A stretch of DNA of 63,924 nt, counting the filler, from Lama guanicoe (Eukaryota), in the NCBI GenBank assembly GCA_013239625.1. It is 181 parts of 181 records of this genome, joined end to end, with 100 filler letters (N's around TTAATTAATTAA, not from the genome) between each part and the next. Parts side by side here need not be neighbours in the genome. Positions count along the whole stretch, not along the records: positions 11,650 to 11,902 come from PNXV01048928.1; positions 12,003 to 12,255 come from PNXV01048929.1; positions 12,356 to 12,608 come from PNXV01048930.1; positions 12,709 to 12,961 come from PNXV01048931.1; positions 13,062 to 13,314 come from PNXV01048932.1; positions 13,415 to 13,667 come from PNXV01048933.1; positions 13,768 to 14,021 come from PNXV01048934.1; positions 14,122 to 14,374 come from PNXV01048935.1; 173 more parts are not named here. One strand, written 5' to 3'. The notes beneath the pieces are model-generated. The model was not told where the DNA came from. It did not search any database and worked only from the letters and a program-made list of their open reading frames with translations. This document shows, one piece after another, positions 11,550-24,031 of the stretch (positions are counted from its first letter, which is position 1; every line of letters begins with the position of its first letter). The position numbers and the translations under genes are program-made.

Positions 11550-13094
11550 NNNNNNNNNNNNNNNNNNNNNNNNNNNNNNNNNNNNNNNNNNNNTTAATTA
11601 ATTAANNNNNNNNNNNNNNNNNNNNNNNNNNNNNNNNNNNNNNNNNNNNAATATGGGTCCACGGAAGGAAATGCACTTTTCAAAGGTCTTGGTTATTTGA
11701 AATGTAATCAGGCGAGAGTTTAAGTGGTAAAAAGGACTGTAGAAAAGGCGACACAAATTGCAAATAACCCATAGCTGAGTGAGCAGTGGTCTCAAGAAGC
11801 ACCTCTTTTCTGAGAACCAAGAACACACTGGACATTAGCAGCTTCTTTCCTCGGTGAGATCTGGCCCACTCTCCCCCTCCTTCCCATCCAAACTCTTTCC
11901 TCNNNNNNNNNNNNNNNNNNNNNNNNNNNNNNNNNNNNNNNNNNNNTTAATTAATTAANNNNNNNNNNNNNNNNNNNNNNNNNNNNNNNNNNNNNNNNNN
12001 NNTAGGGATCCCAAGAAAGAAGTAAAAACAGATTAAGATTTTTTTTTAAAGTAAATAGCTTTTGCCCACTTTAAAAAAAAGAATTTGTAGACATGATTTG
12101 TCTTCATCTAAGCAAGACAGAGCCCTCAGTCCTCCAGGGAGCACCCATTCAGCTCCACGGAGGGTCACTTGAGACCGTCCATCTCCTGAGCAGCTCCACC
12201 CCCACCCCGGCCACCGCTGATGAGACTATGAGGGGTGTCACCATGAGTGTTCTCGNNNNNNNNNNNNNNNNNNNNNNNNNNNNNNNNNNNNNNNNNNNNT
12301 TAATTAATTAANNNNNNNNNNNNNNNNNNNNNNNNNNNNNNNNNNNNNNNNNNNNGTCCCTGAAACTCGCTGATAAACTATAAATCCATTAGGCGAGTCT
12401 CTCCGCGGCCATTTAGAACCAAGGAGTGAAAATATTTACGTGGGAAGCGCGATGTTCGGGGAGGAGCCGCCCCGAGAACGTGGTTCGTGTGTGGCGTGTC
12501 CGCAGAGGACGGCGTCTTCATGCTCCGTTTTAATTTCCTTGTGGTCTTTGCAATCTTTCCTGTGCAAGCAGAAGCCTGTGCATATTTATGGGGAAGAGCA
12601 GAACTTTTNNNNNNNNNNNNNNNNNNNNNNNNNNNNNNNNNNNNNNNNNNNNTTAATTAATTAANNNNNNNNNNNNNNNNNNNNNNNNNNNNNNNNNNNN
12701 NNNNNNNNAAGTGAAGTTTTACAAAACATAGCAGTATAATAAAAGAATGGCTACCATAATCATTGTACATTCACATCATGAAGGCAGAACTGCATATAAA
12801 ATGGTCACATATATTTAGCCATTAGGACTTGTTTTAAAAAGATGGTGAGGAAAGTCCATCCTTGTATTGAACTTGTTGGTTCCTGGTCGTGTTATCATTT
12901 GTGCATGATCATTTGCTTTCTCTTTTCCTTCCATATCATTTGCTCAATTCAACATCCAAGTNNNNNNNNNNNNNNNNNNNNNNNNNNNNNNNNNNNNNNN
13001 NNNNNTTAATTAATTAANNNNNNNNNNNNNNNNNNNNNNNNNNNNNNNNNNNNNNNNNNNNTTTTCTCCCTTTTTTGTGAGGTGACAGGTGTGA

Positions 13095-13300
13095 TGGCTG
13101 AACACATAGACTGAGGAGCCATTTGGCCAGGGATGAAGTCCCTTCTCTGCACACTTACTTGTCTCTCACCCTGGGTGTGCTACTTGCCATCTCTGTGACT
13201 CAGTTTCTTCGTCATTAAAATAGGAATAGTACCAAAACTTCTAGATTTGAAGGTTATTAATTAGCTAATAAGTAGAAAGCATAGTACTTGAAATACAGTA
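13095..13300 (+). mobile_element. MIR SINE
   Basis: MIR core CTCTGTGACTCAGTTTCTTCGTCATTAAAATAGGAATA. Confidence 0.7.
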
Positions 13301-13414
13301 AGCTCTTTATACGCNNNNNNNNNNNNNNNNNNNNNNNNNNNNNNNNNNNNNNNNNNNNTTAATTAATTAANNNNNNNNNNNNNNNNNNNNNNNNNNNNNN
13401 NNNNNNNNNNNNNN

Positions 13415-13667
13415 TCTTCACAGTATCTTCACCAGGAGTAGAATCCATCTCAGGAAACCCTGTTCTTTGCTCATCCATGAAAAAGAAACTTCTCATTCAT
13501 TAAAATTTGATGATGAGATTGCAGCAATTCAGTCATACCTTTAGGTTTTACTTCTAATTCTTCTGCGATTTCCACCATGTCTGTAGTTCCTTCCTCCACT
13601 GAAGTCTTGAACCCCTCGAAGTCATCCATGAGAGTTGCAATCAACTTCTACCAAACTCCAGCTAATG
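13415..13667 (-). mobile_element. Tigger1 transposase-region fragment (degenerate)
   Basis: TCTTCACCAGGAGTAGA..GAGATTGCAGCAATTCAGTCA..TTCCTCCACTGAAGTCTTGAACCCCTC..GTCATCCATGAG matches recalled Tigger1. Confidence 0.85.
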
Positions 13668-13767
13668 NNNNNNNNNNNNNNNNNNNNNNNNNNNNNNNNN
13701 NNNNNNNNNNNTTAATTAATTAANNNNNNNNNNNNNNNNNNNNNNNNNNNNNNNNNNNNNNNNNNNN

Positions 13768-14021
13768 CAAAAATTAACTCAAAGTGCGTCATCCTTTTAG
13801 ACTGCATACGCTGGGTGTGTGTAGTTTCCTTGTGTCTCGATTAACCCCAGTGAAGCTGTAAGAAGGTGGGTCACAGACTTACGTGTAAAACGCAAAACCA
13901 TAAAGCTTCTAGAAGACGACGGAGGGAGAACCTAGATGGCCCTGAGTGGGTGATGACTTTTTACGCAGAACGTGAAGGCATGAAAGAAAAAGTTGGCAGG
14001 TTGAACTTCATTAAAATGTAC
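13768..14021 (+). mobile_element. Old L1 ORF2 fragment interrupted by a short L1 3'-end piece (~13790-13865)
   Basis: CAAAAATTAACTCAAA ... GGGTCACAGACTTACGTGTAAAA..CATAAAGCTTCTAGAAGA. Confidence 0.65.
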
Positions 14022-14232
14022 NNNNNNNNNNNNNNNNNNNNNNNNNNNNNNNNNNNNNNNNNNNNTTAATTAATTAANNNNNNNNNNNNNNNNNNNNNNN
14101 NNNNNNNNNNNNNNNNNNNNNTTTTGTGTGGAGCCATTAATTTTTGACTGCTCCCTTGCCTTATGGCACATGTTGACCTAGGCTCATATTATGTATTTCC
14201 TCCCCCAGACATCAAGCCAGGCAGTTTTTTGT

Positions 14233-14339
14233 GGGGGAGGTAATTAGGTTTGTGTATTTTTAATGGAGGTACTGGGGCTTGAACCCAGGACCTCTGCATG
14301 CTAGGCACGTGTGCTACCTCTGACTAATACCCTTCCCCC
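14233..14339 (-). mobile_element. Camelid Vic-1-like tRNA-derived SINE
   Basis: Reverse complement reads GGGGAAGGGTATTAGTCAGAGGTAGCAC..GAGGTCCTGGGTTCAAGCCCCAGTACCTCC..CTAATTACCTCCCCC; same family as 47040. Confidence 0.8.
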
Positions 14340-14474
14340 AATTTTATTATTTCTTTTGAGGAAAAATATGACCANNNNNNNNNNNNNNNNNNNNNNNNNN
14401 NNNNNNNNNNNNNNNNNNTTAATTAATTAANNNNNNNNNNNNNNNNNNNNNNNNNNNNNNNNNNNNNNNNNNNN

Positions 14475-14728
14475 GGATAGGAGTTTGGGAATAGGTTAAG
14501 TTCAGGGTATGCGTAAGGTATGGGCTGGGGTACAAGTTAGGTTACGCATTAGGGAACAGCTTAGGGTTAGGGCTAGGGCTAGAACCATAGCAAGAGTTAG
14601 TGTTAGGGCTAGGGCTAGAACCAGAGGAAAGACTAGAGTTAGACTAAGAGTTAAGGGTTAGAGGGTGAGGGATAGACTCAAGGTGAGACTGAGGTTTAGG
14701 GGTAGGGTTAGGGTTAGACTCAGGGTTA
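14475..14728 (+). repeat. Degenerate telomere-like 6-bp repeat (TTAGGG/CTAGGG variants)
   Basis: 6-nt periodicity across the contig with several exact TTAGGG units. Confidence 0.85.
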
Positions 14729-15609
14729 NNNNNNNNNNNNNNNNNNNNNNNNNNNNNNNNNNNNNNNNNNNNTTAATTAATTAANNNNNNNNNNNNNNNN
14801 NNNNNNNNNNNNNNNNNNNNNNNNNNNNACAATCCATTCTGCACCGTCGCTGGACGTCCACTCCCGAAGCAGGGGGGTTTCTGCTGCCGCTTATCTAACC
14901 TCTGCCTTGAGACCCAGAAACCGCCAGTTTCCCATCTGACTTGTGCACGTACCTCTATTCTCTCCCCACCCCCTTTATGGTGCCTGGCTGGCCTCTGTGT
15001 CCTGTGGTATTTCTACCGGGTGGTGGGGTGGGATTCGTTCTCTTTGCTGGAGGTTCTAGCTCTTGCCTGACTTCTTCCTGCANNNNNNNNNNNNNNNNNN
15101 NNNNNNNNNNNNNNNNNNNNNNNNNNTTAATTAATTAANNNNNNNNNNNNNNNNNNNNNNNNNNNNNNNNNNNNNNNNNNNNCAGTGGAAAGCTAGGGCA
15201 GTGTTAGGGTTTTCTTTTCATAGTTAAGATTTAGGTCCGCAGTTAGTACCGTTATTCACAGATGATGTGTTCTCCCAGTGGAATGGGCGCAAAGTGGTTT
15301 TCATCATGGTAGAAGGGATGGAGCTCATAACACTTTTGTAACTGGAGGGAATCACGTGAATAAATGACAGAGGGAGCATCATAATAAAGTGTATGGCATT
15401 TCCTTGAATTGATTAAAGAAAAAAATTGTGCTTGGGNNNNNNNNNNNNNNNNNNNNNNNNNNNNNNNNNNNNNNNNNNNNTTAATTAATTAANNNNNNNN
15501 NNNNNNNNNNNNNNNNNNNNNNNNNNNNNNNNNNNNGTGGATAGATTTATGTAGCAAATATAAACCTAGTGTATTTGCTGTGTAGCAATCCTAGAAATAA
15601 ACAAATTGA

Positions 15610-15790
15610 TATACAGTCCCACCCTTAAGAACCTCAGTCTTTCCATTTATAACAGCATTAAAAATAAAATGGGAGACACTTTTGAAAAACATTTACAAGA
15701 TTTGTATATTGAAAATTTTGAAGTATCACCAAAAAAATTTTTAAAAGATTTACATATATGGAAGACATCCCATGTTCATGGAATGGTAGA
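15610..15790 (+). mobile_element. Old L1 ORF2 fragment
   Basis: CCATTTATAACAGCA..CAAGATTTGTATATTGAAAA..TGGAAGACATCCCATGTTCATGGA. Confidence 0.75.
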
Positions 15791-15959
15791 NNNNNNNNNN
15801 NNNNNNNNNNNNNNNNNNNNNNNNNNNNNNNNNNTTAATTAATTAANNNNNNNNNNNNNNNNNNNNNNNNNNNNNNNNNNNNNNNNNNNNAGTTTGAGGT
15901 GGTAACTGAGAAAGGATTGTCTCTATTTCTGAGATGATGGTTAGATGGCTGCCTTAAGG

Positions 15960-16144
15960 ACATTTGAGGTAAAATTTATAAATTCACAGATATCAAGTGT
16001 ACAATTTGGTGAGGCTTGACAGATGTATAAACTCATGCCGCCACCACCTCAGTCTGGAACTGGAACATTTCTGTCACCATATCAAATTTCTTTACGTCCA
16101 TTCCAGTCAGTCTCCATCCCTGGAAGCAACCATTTTTCTGATTT
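15960..16144 (-). mobile_element. L1ME-type 3' end
   Basis: TTGAGGTAAAATTTA..AAGTGTACAATTTGGTGA..TTGACAGATGTATA..GAACATTTC. Confidence 0.65.
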
Positions 16145-16324
16145 NNNNNNNNNNNNNNNNNNNNNNNNNNNNNNNNNNNNNNNNNNNNTTAATTAATTAA
16201 NNNNNNNNNNNNNNNNNNNNNNNNNNNNNNNNNNNNNNNNNNNNAAATGGATTTTAAAGAAGTCATAGGCTTCTCTGAAAATTCGATGAAGGTACAAGAA
16301 TAGGCAACAAGAGTACAAGTCTGT

Positions 16325-16498
16325 GTGGCCACGAGACCCGCCCCTGGGGCCACGGGAGCCAATCCGCGCGCGTGCACTGCCCGGCCCCTCCCTCCGCCCG
16401 CCCAACGGTCAGTTAGTCAGGCGGGCAGGCAGCAGTTGGTCGAGCGGATGGCGGGTCGTCGGGTCTCCCAGCGATGCCGGTCCTCTTCCCTCCGACAG
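16325..16498. promoter_or_regulatory. CpG-island promoter edge with CCAAT box, GC boxes and MYB-like sites
   Basis: Abrupt rise in CpG; CCAAT 16359-16363; CCGCCC at 16338, 16394 and 16398; CAACGG 16403-16408 and CAGTTA 16410-16415. Confidence 0.6.
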
Positions 16499-16598
16499 NN
16501 NNNNNNNNNNNNNNNNNNNNNNNNNNNNNNNNNNNNNNNNNNTTAATTAATTAANNNNNNNNNNNNNNNNNNNNNNNNNNNNNNNNNNNNNNNNNNNN

Positions 16599-16852
16599 TA
16601 TCATTATTTTAATTGTAGCTGTCCAGCTTTCCCAGCATCACTTATTGGTGAAGAGAGTGTCCTTTCTCCATTGTATATTCTTGCCTTCTTTGTCATAAAT
16701 TAATTGATCTAAGTGTGCATTCATTGCTTTCATTTCTGTTCCATTGATCTGAGTGTCTGTTTTTGTCCAGTACCACACTGCTTTGATTACCGTGGTTTTG
16801 TAGTATAGTCCTAAGTCTGGGAGGGTGGTTCCTCTGGCTTTATTCTTTTTTC
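16599..16852 (-). mobile_element. L1 ORF2 fragment
   Basis: GTCCAGCTTTCCCAGCATCACTTATTG..TTCTCCATTGTATATTCTTGCC..TTCCATTGATCT; homologous to 37482. Confidence 0.9.
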
Positions 16853-19429
16853 NNNNNNNNNNNNNNNNNNNNNNNNNNNNNNNNNNNNNNNNNNNNTTAA
16901 TTAATTAANNNNNNNNNNNNNNNNNNNNNNNNNNNNNNNNNNNNNNNNNNNNTGGAACCAACAGAAAGAACAAAAATCGATTATTATCTGATACCCAGAA
17001 GCCCTAATCATGCTCCTATACTCAGAATATTTTCTTTGAATTCCTTTTTACTTAGGACTGATACTGATTTTTAACAAAGTAATTTTCTAGTCAGAAATTT
17101 TTTTGACTTCTTTGACATTTTTGATGCTTGGATTATGAACCAGTTTATGATCTGGCGTATGGTTAGTTTTGGTAGCTATTAAGTGTTCTTGAAAACAAAA
17201 TAATGTNNNNNNNNNNNNNNNNNNNNNNNNNNNNNNNNNNNNNNNNNNNNTTAATTAATTAANNNNNNNNNNNNNNNNNNNNNNNNNNNNNNNNNNNNNN
17301 NNNNNNCTTGACTATTGTAAATAGTGCTGCTGTGAACACTGGGGTGCAGGTGTCTCCAACATATTTTACTATTTCATTTCTTTTTAGTCTTGAGCTTTCT
17401 CTCTCTCTCTCGTTTTTTGTTTTTTGTTTGTTTAGATTCTTATTGAGCACTCAAGGTAACCCATGAATTAATACCCAGTACTGGAAATAAGTTATTAATG
17501 TAATAATAGCTAATGCTGAAGATAATGCATTAGAAATAGAGGTCATAAACTTTGGGCATNNNNNNNNNNNNNNNNNNNNNNNNNNNNNNNNNNNNNNNNN
17601 NNNTTAATTAATTAANNNNNNNNNNNNNNNNNNNNNNNNNNNNNNNNNNNNNNNNNNNNAGAACAGAGCAACCAAGGTGAAGATGAAACGTGCATCACAA
17701 AGTGTCTTGTAACAGGGAGGCGTATACGTGTGGAAGTGTCTGCTCTGTGCTCTTATTAAAATCAGGACTAGATGCACTAGGGAGACAGGGGACGGGTAAG
17801 AGGTCTCAGCGGGATGAGACACGACGTCAAAAGAAGAGCCACTGCCTCAGCATCAGAGGGAAGTGAGAGTGGCAGGCCGAGCAAAGCTCACACCGGCACC
17901 TCCATTAAAAAATNNNNNNNNNNNNNNNNNNNNNNNNNNNNNNNNNNNNNNNNNNNNTTAATTAATTAANNNNNNNNNNNNNNNNNNNNNNNNNNNNNNN
18001 NNNNNNNNNNNNNCCAACTGCTCCTGGAAAGAAATATAATTAAAAGGCTTGGAAAACCTTTTGACTTGTAGTCATTGTAATCAGTGATATGTTTCTCGCA
18101 GCGCACTTGCTTCTGCAAGCTGTTTACAAGGGAATTGTACTGAGACACACTTCATTCTCGTTTGTTTTTTCTTTTAACGCCATTGAAACAGAATCGTTCC
18201 CTGCGAGTAGAAGGTAATCTAACACAAGGCTTTTATGGTTATAAAAGATTGCCTATTATCTCTTTCTNNNNNNNNNNNNNNNNNNNNNNNNNNNNNNNNN
18301 NNNNNNNNNNNTTAATTAATTAANNNNNNNNNNNNNNNNNNNNNNNNNNNNNNNNNNNNNNNNNNNNAACAACCTTCATGATGCAGGGGGCACTAATAAT
18401 TAAGAAGAAATGTAAGCCCAAGATAAGTTAGAACTGATAATGCAGACTTATTCAATGAGTTCAAGTGCTTCTGTTTCTGAATCATTATGTCACAGGGTTT
18501 TGAAAGTATATACCATTGTGGAGGCAAAATCATTGTTGGTGCACTGGATCAATGAAGGGGATAAAACACATAGACCCAATTTTCTAGAAAGGAGAAAAAT
18601 AGTGGATTTCAGAGATTACAGNNNNNNNNNNNNNNNNNNNNNNNNNNNNNNNNNNNNNNNNNNNNTTAATTAATTAANNNNNNNNNNNNNNNNNNNNNNN
18701 NNNNNNNNNNNNNNNNNNNNNTGGCTTTATGTGCTTGGGTTAGAATCAGTCTAACCAGTAATATGTATCACCTGCTTTTGTAGATTTCTATGCAGTGCCC
18801 ATTGGAGTCAGTATTTCTGGAAAACACTGCCTTTGGTTTTGACATTCTGGGGCTTCCGTAGCAGGGTCCTTCTGGCTTTGCTTTGTTCTGCCTCGTCCTG
18901 CCCTCTTGTTGCCCAACATGCTGGCATGTCCCCATGGACAGGGCACATTCAGTTGCTCCACATGGCACTTGAGCCNNNNNNNNNNNNNNNNNNNNNNNNN
19001 NNNNNNNNNNNNNNNNNNNTTAATTAATTAANNNNNNNNNNNNNNNNNNNNNNNNNNNNNNNNNNNNNNNNNNNNTGCTCTTCCTGCTATACAATCCTAA
19101 TTTTGTCTTCCTTGAGATTCTGTACAAGTTCTCAAAACTGAAAGCATGTATTATATAATTATCTGATTCCAAGTATTTCACTGATTTTATAGCCTTTGTG
19201 GAAACTAACACACTGGAGTTAGCAGCTCTCTGCTAACTGATTAGCAGGTCAGTCTTTCATTGGTGCCCTTTTACCTAGCAGTTAAAATGTTAGTAAACAT
19301 AGGACTCTATAGAACTTAAATTCTCATCANNNNNNNNNNNNNNNNNNNNNNNNNNNNNNNNNNNNNNNNNNNNTTAATTAATTAANNNNNNNNNNNNNNN
19401 NNNNNNNNNNNNNNNNNNNNNNNNNNNNN

Positions 19430-19683
19430 GCCTGCAGCAGCCCGGCCCACGTCCGCATCTGCTAGCTGGACTTCTTCCTGTAACCCGCGCGCACCTCCCT
19501 GGGCCTGGAGAGCTTTGACGAGGTGCCGAGGCTCTGCGACCCCTCGGGGCCCTTGGGCCTCCTGCAGGCCAGCAAGCAGTTCCTGCAGATGGAGGGGCAG
19601 CAGCCGCCCCAGGACGATGACCCAGGGCCCCAGGGCGGGGCCCTCCCACCCCAGCGACTACTTCTCCGTGGAGCACCTGGTCA
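19430..19683 (+). pseudogene. Probable degenerate coding sequence of an unidentified gene
   Basis: Frame from 19430 has strong GC3 bias ([54 protein letters not shown]...) with TAG at 19463 and TAA at 19481. Confidence 0.4.
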
Positions 19684-21199
19684 NNNNNNNNNNNNNNNNN
19701 NNNNNNNNNNNNNNNNNNNNNNNNNNNTTAATTAATTAANNNNNNNNNNNNNNNNNNNNNNNNNNNNNNNNNNNNNNNNNNNNAACATCCCATCTTTCCT
19801 GGGAAGATGCTCAGCTTTCTTGGTTGTTTTCTCTTAGATTAGTCCCTTAAGCTGTATGTAGCAGGATGTTTTATTCTGACTCAATCAAATAGTCCCTACT
19901 GATATATGTTTTGATTACTGATATACTTGTACTAATTTCTAATATTTGGTTTTGCTCCACATGCTTGTGTTTTTTCTTTACTTTTCTGGTCTGTCTTCTG
20001 TTGCATTGATAAAATTTTCTATTGTTTCTCTATTGATNNNNNNNNNNNNNNNNNNNNNNNNNNNNNNNNNNNNNNNNNNNNTTAATTAATTAANNNNNNN
20101 NNNNNNNNNNNNNNNNNNNNNNNNNNNNNNNNNNNNNTAACCAGTATATTTTTGGTAACCCATTAGCGTCTTGTGGGGAGATACTTTGAGGCTATGTAAA
20201 TGTTCCATTTGTCACTGTAGTGAAGATATTTTTAATCCCAGTTGATGGATATATTTGCTTTTTATCAGAATCTCTTGATGTGGATGTGTGGGGCTCTGTG
20301 ACCTTGAGAAGGAACGAAGGATGTTTTCTTATGACTAATGGCGATAACCTTTGTCTTTCTTCTAACCAGAAGGTTCAGTAGGCAGCGATCANNNNNNNNN
20401 NNNNNNNNNNNNNNNNNNNNNNNNNNNNNNNNNNNTTAATTAATTAANNNNNNNNNNNNNNNNNNNNNNNNNNNNNNNNNNNNNNNNNNNNGCTTCCCCG
20501 GTGCCGGTGCTGTGCGGGACCTGTGTGACAGCCGGCTCTTTGGGGGGGAAAAGGCCCTGGGCTCCAGCACCTGTCAGTCCCTGTGGCGCAGACACCGCCG
20601 CTGTGGCTCATTTCAAACCCCCAGCGTGATGACACTGAGCACAGACATGGTGAAAGATGCCTCAAACCAGCTCTCATAAGCCAGTTTCTGGTGTTCCCAG
20701 CACATCACTGTCTGGGGGCAGAATCTAACGTTTCAATATGCAGGCNNNNNNNNNNNNNNNNNNNNNNNNNNNNNNNNNNNNNNNNNNNNTTAATTAATTA
20801 ANNNNNNNNNNNNNNNNNNNNNNNNNNNNNNNNNNNNNNNNNNNNTGCTGCCGCATCCATCTCCCTGCTGTGGGGGCCTGGGGACGTCACCTCCATTCTC
20901 CGGGATCAGGTTTCCTTACCTGGGGGTTGGGCTGATGCCTCATGAGGCCAGAGCATGCCTGAGCACATGCTTGTTTGACAGTCCTGGGAGTAACTGTCAT
21001 TACTCCTTGTGCCTGTTTTGTGGAGTGGACAGGCAGAGTAATGATCTGTACCTTGGGCAGCGTGGATCTAGCCTGGTCACGAGCCCTTGTGTGACTTACN
21101 NNNNNNNNNNNNNNNNNNNNNNNNNNNNNNNNNNNNNNNNNNNTTAATTAATTAANNNNNNNNNNNNNNNNNNNNNNNNNNNNNNNNNNNNNNNNNNNN

Positions 21200-21453
21200 G
21201 GGCCTTTGCACACGCTGCTCCTTCTGCGTAGGGTGACGCCAACCTTCTGACACTCCAACTGGCTTCCTTGCATCTTTCATCTCCTGTTTTATCATTTCTC
21301 TGATGTTGCGGAGGACTTTCCTATCTTTTTTTTTTTTTAAAGTACATGCCTCTTGCCCTACCTTCTCTGTGCTTTATCTGTTCCTTCCCAGAGCATTTAC
21401 TACTATTTCTGATTGTCTTACGTGTTTATTTGTGTGCGTTTTGTCTGACTCCT
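21200..21453 (+). mobile_element. L2 3' region
   Basis: GGGCCTTTGCACACGCTGCTCCTTCTGC..AGCATTTACTACTATTT..TGTTTATTTG..TTGTCTGACTCC. Confidence 0.65.
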
Positions 21454-22729
21454 NNNNNNNNNNNNNNNNNNNNNNNNNNNNNNNNNNNNNNNNNNNNTTA
21501 ATTAATTAANNNNNNNNNNNNNNNNNNNNNNNNNNNNNNNNNNNNNNNNNNNNGAAGCGCCAAGCAGCCCGCGTGTCCGTCCCAGGGACAGTGTTCGTGC
21601 TAGTCTTCGGGGGTGAGCGGTCACGCCCCAGGGGCTCCGTGCTGGGCCTGCTCGGGCGCCCCTCCTGAGAGCCGCAGGCAGAGCCCGTCCCAGGGGTGCT
21701 GCTTGCAGGTGCTCCCGCGCCCCCCTCGCGAAGCAGCACCTGTAGGACACCCGCTCCGCTGGTGAGCAGCCCTCTGCTTCCTAATTAAGGTCATCGCTTA
21801 ACGTAACNNNNNNNNNNNNNNNNNNNNNNNNNNNNNNNNNNNNNNNNNNNNTTAATTAATTAANNNNNNNNNNNNNNNNNNNNNNNNNNNNNNNNNNNNN
21901 NNNNNNNCCTTTATTGCCCGACATCCAGTGACTTGAAAATAATTATTTTTGTTTCATTTTACCCAATTTTGTCAGGCAGGAGGGTAAGTCTGGCCCATGC
22001 TACCCGATCCAAAAAGGATACAATTGTCCTGGTATCAGTTTTTCTATTTGTTGGTTATACACAAAAATATGATTTTTATATGGTCAATTTGCTAAATTCA
22101 CTTATTTCTAGTAACTCCACAGATTTTTTTTTAACTTTTTGATGAATACAATGGTATCACCNNNNNNNNNNNNNNNNNNNNNNNNNNNNNNNNNNNNNNN
22201 NNNNNTTAATTAATTAANNNNNNNNNNNNNNNNNNNNNNNNNNNNNNNNNNNNNNNNNNNNACATACACTCACACACATACATATGACACATACATAAAT
22301 GACAGGGTTGTTTCTTTTATAATTGTGTTAACTCTCAGTAGAGTCTTATATACTTACTGGTTAAAATTTTACAAGACATGCATTTACTATTCTAACAGTT
22401 TAATCCATTTACTAATTTACCATGAATGTGCTACTATTTAATCAAGAGTTGTAATGCCTTCTGACAGCCCAGGAAAGTAGTATGAGGAGTTTTCCAAGAT
22501 TGAATTACTCAGCCANNNNNNNNNNNNNNNNNNNNNNNNNNNNNNNNNNNNNNNNNNNNTTAATTAATTAANNNNNNNNNNNNNNNNNNNNNNNNNNNNN
22601 NNNNNNNNNNNNNNNACTGTCAATTTTTATTTTGCCAATGGAGCAAATAAAATATTCATCTTCTATCATCATTTCAGAAAAGGACACTTTAACATAAAAA
22701 ATATGAAAGACTTAATATTAAAATTCATT

Positions 22730-22869
22730 TATTTATTTTTTATTTATTTATTTATTTAATTGAAGTCAGTTGTAATGTATCAATGCCTGGTGTGCAGCGT
22801 AGTGCCCCAGTCATTCATATATATATATACACATATACTCACTTTCATTTCATATTCTTTTTCATTGAA
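22730..22869 (-). mobile_element. L1 3' end with (TTTA)n tail
   Basis: (TTTA)n followed by TTGAAGT..CTGGTGTGCAGC..CAGTCAT..CATATTCTTTTTCATT. Confidence 0.7.
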
Positions 22870-22969
22870 NNNNNNNNNNNNNNNNNNNNNNNNNNNNNNN
22901 NNNNNNNNNNNNNTTAATTAATTAANNNNNNNNNNNNNNNNNNNNNNNNNNNNNNNNNNNNNNNNNNNN

Positions 22970-23223
22970 GAAATACAGAATATCACATGAAAATATAATT
23001 AAAATTATATTGAAGCAAACTGTATAACCTAAAGGAGATGGAAAATATTCTGGAAAAATACTGCTCACTAAGACTGAAACAAGAAGAAACTGACCACTTG
23101 AACAAACAAAGCACTTGAAATGAAATCAAAATAGCAATATAAATCCTCCCTATAAATAGCAGTCCAGGACCGGACAGATTCACTGAGGAATTCTACAAAA
23201 CATACTAAGAAGAAATCATACCA
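22970..23223 (+). mobile_element. L1 ORF2 fragment (upstream of RT)
   Basis: Encodes degenerate ...RLKQEETDHLN...KSPGPDRFTEEFYK. Confidence 0.9.
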
Positions 23224-23323
23224 NNNNNNNNNNNNNNNNNNNNNNNNNNNNNNNNNNNNNNNNNNNNTTAATTAATTAANNNNNNNNNNNNNNNNNNNNN
23301 NNNNNNNNNNNNNNNNNNNNNNN

Positions 23324-23577
23324 CAGAGCCAGATAACTATTTGTTAGTGAGCGTCAGAGGTCATTCAGACTAACCTGTCTGTACTTCACTTCCCCTCCAC
23401 CAAAACATAAAAAAGTAAAAGAAGTAAACCCAAACCAACCCAAAACATGATATTACAGAGGAAAGAGGCAGCCTTCACTTGGCTTTCAATATGAAGAGTA
23501 GAAAACTATCGTGGGGCAAGATTTAAATTAATAGATGATATTTTAAATGAGCTGGCTCTTTAAAGTGGACGATCCCA
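23324..23577 (+). repeat. Copy A of a near-identical contig pair (with 24032-24285)
   Basis: Same start and end; 249 of 254 positions identical. Confidence 0.98.
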
Positions 23578-23719
23578 NNNNNNNNNNNNNNNNNNNNNNN
23601 NNNNNNNNNNNNNNNNNNNNNTTAATTAATTAANNNNNNNNNNNNNNNNNNNNNNNNNNNNNNNNNNNNNNNNNNNNTTCTTGAGGAGTCTGGCTAGGTT
23701 TATCAATTTTGAAAAACCA

Positions 23720-23931
23720 TTGAACATTCATTATAGTGGCTAAATCAAAACAGAGCAGAACAAAATAAAACAAAACCCTGACAATGCCACCTGCTGGAGA
23801 GTATGCAGAACAACTCTTCTGTATTGCTGGTGGGAATGCAAAAATGGTTGCCCGTTTCCTATGAAGTTAAACTTACCTTATAACCTGGCAGTCCTACTCT
23901 GAGGTATTTACCCAAGTGAAATAAAAACCTG
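23720..23931 (+). mobile_element. Old L1 ORF2 3' region
   Basis: TGACAATGCCA..ATTGCTGGTGGGAATGCAAAA..GGTATTTACCCAAGTGAAATAAAAAC. Confidence 0.75.
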
Positions 23932-24031
23932 NNNNNNNNNNNNNNNNNNNNNNNNNNNNNNNNNNNNNNNNNNNNTTAATTAATTAANNNNNNNNNNNNN
24001 NNNNNNNNNNNNNNNNNNNNNNNNNNNNNNN

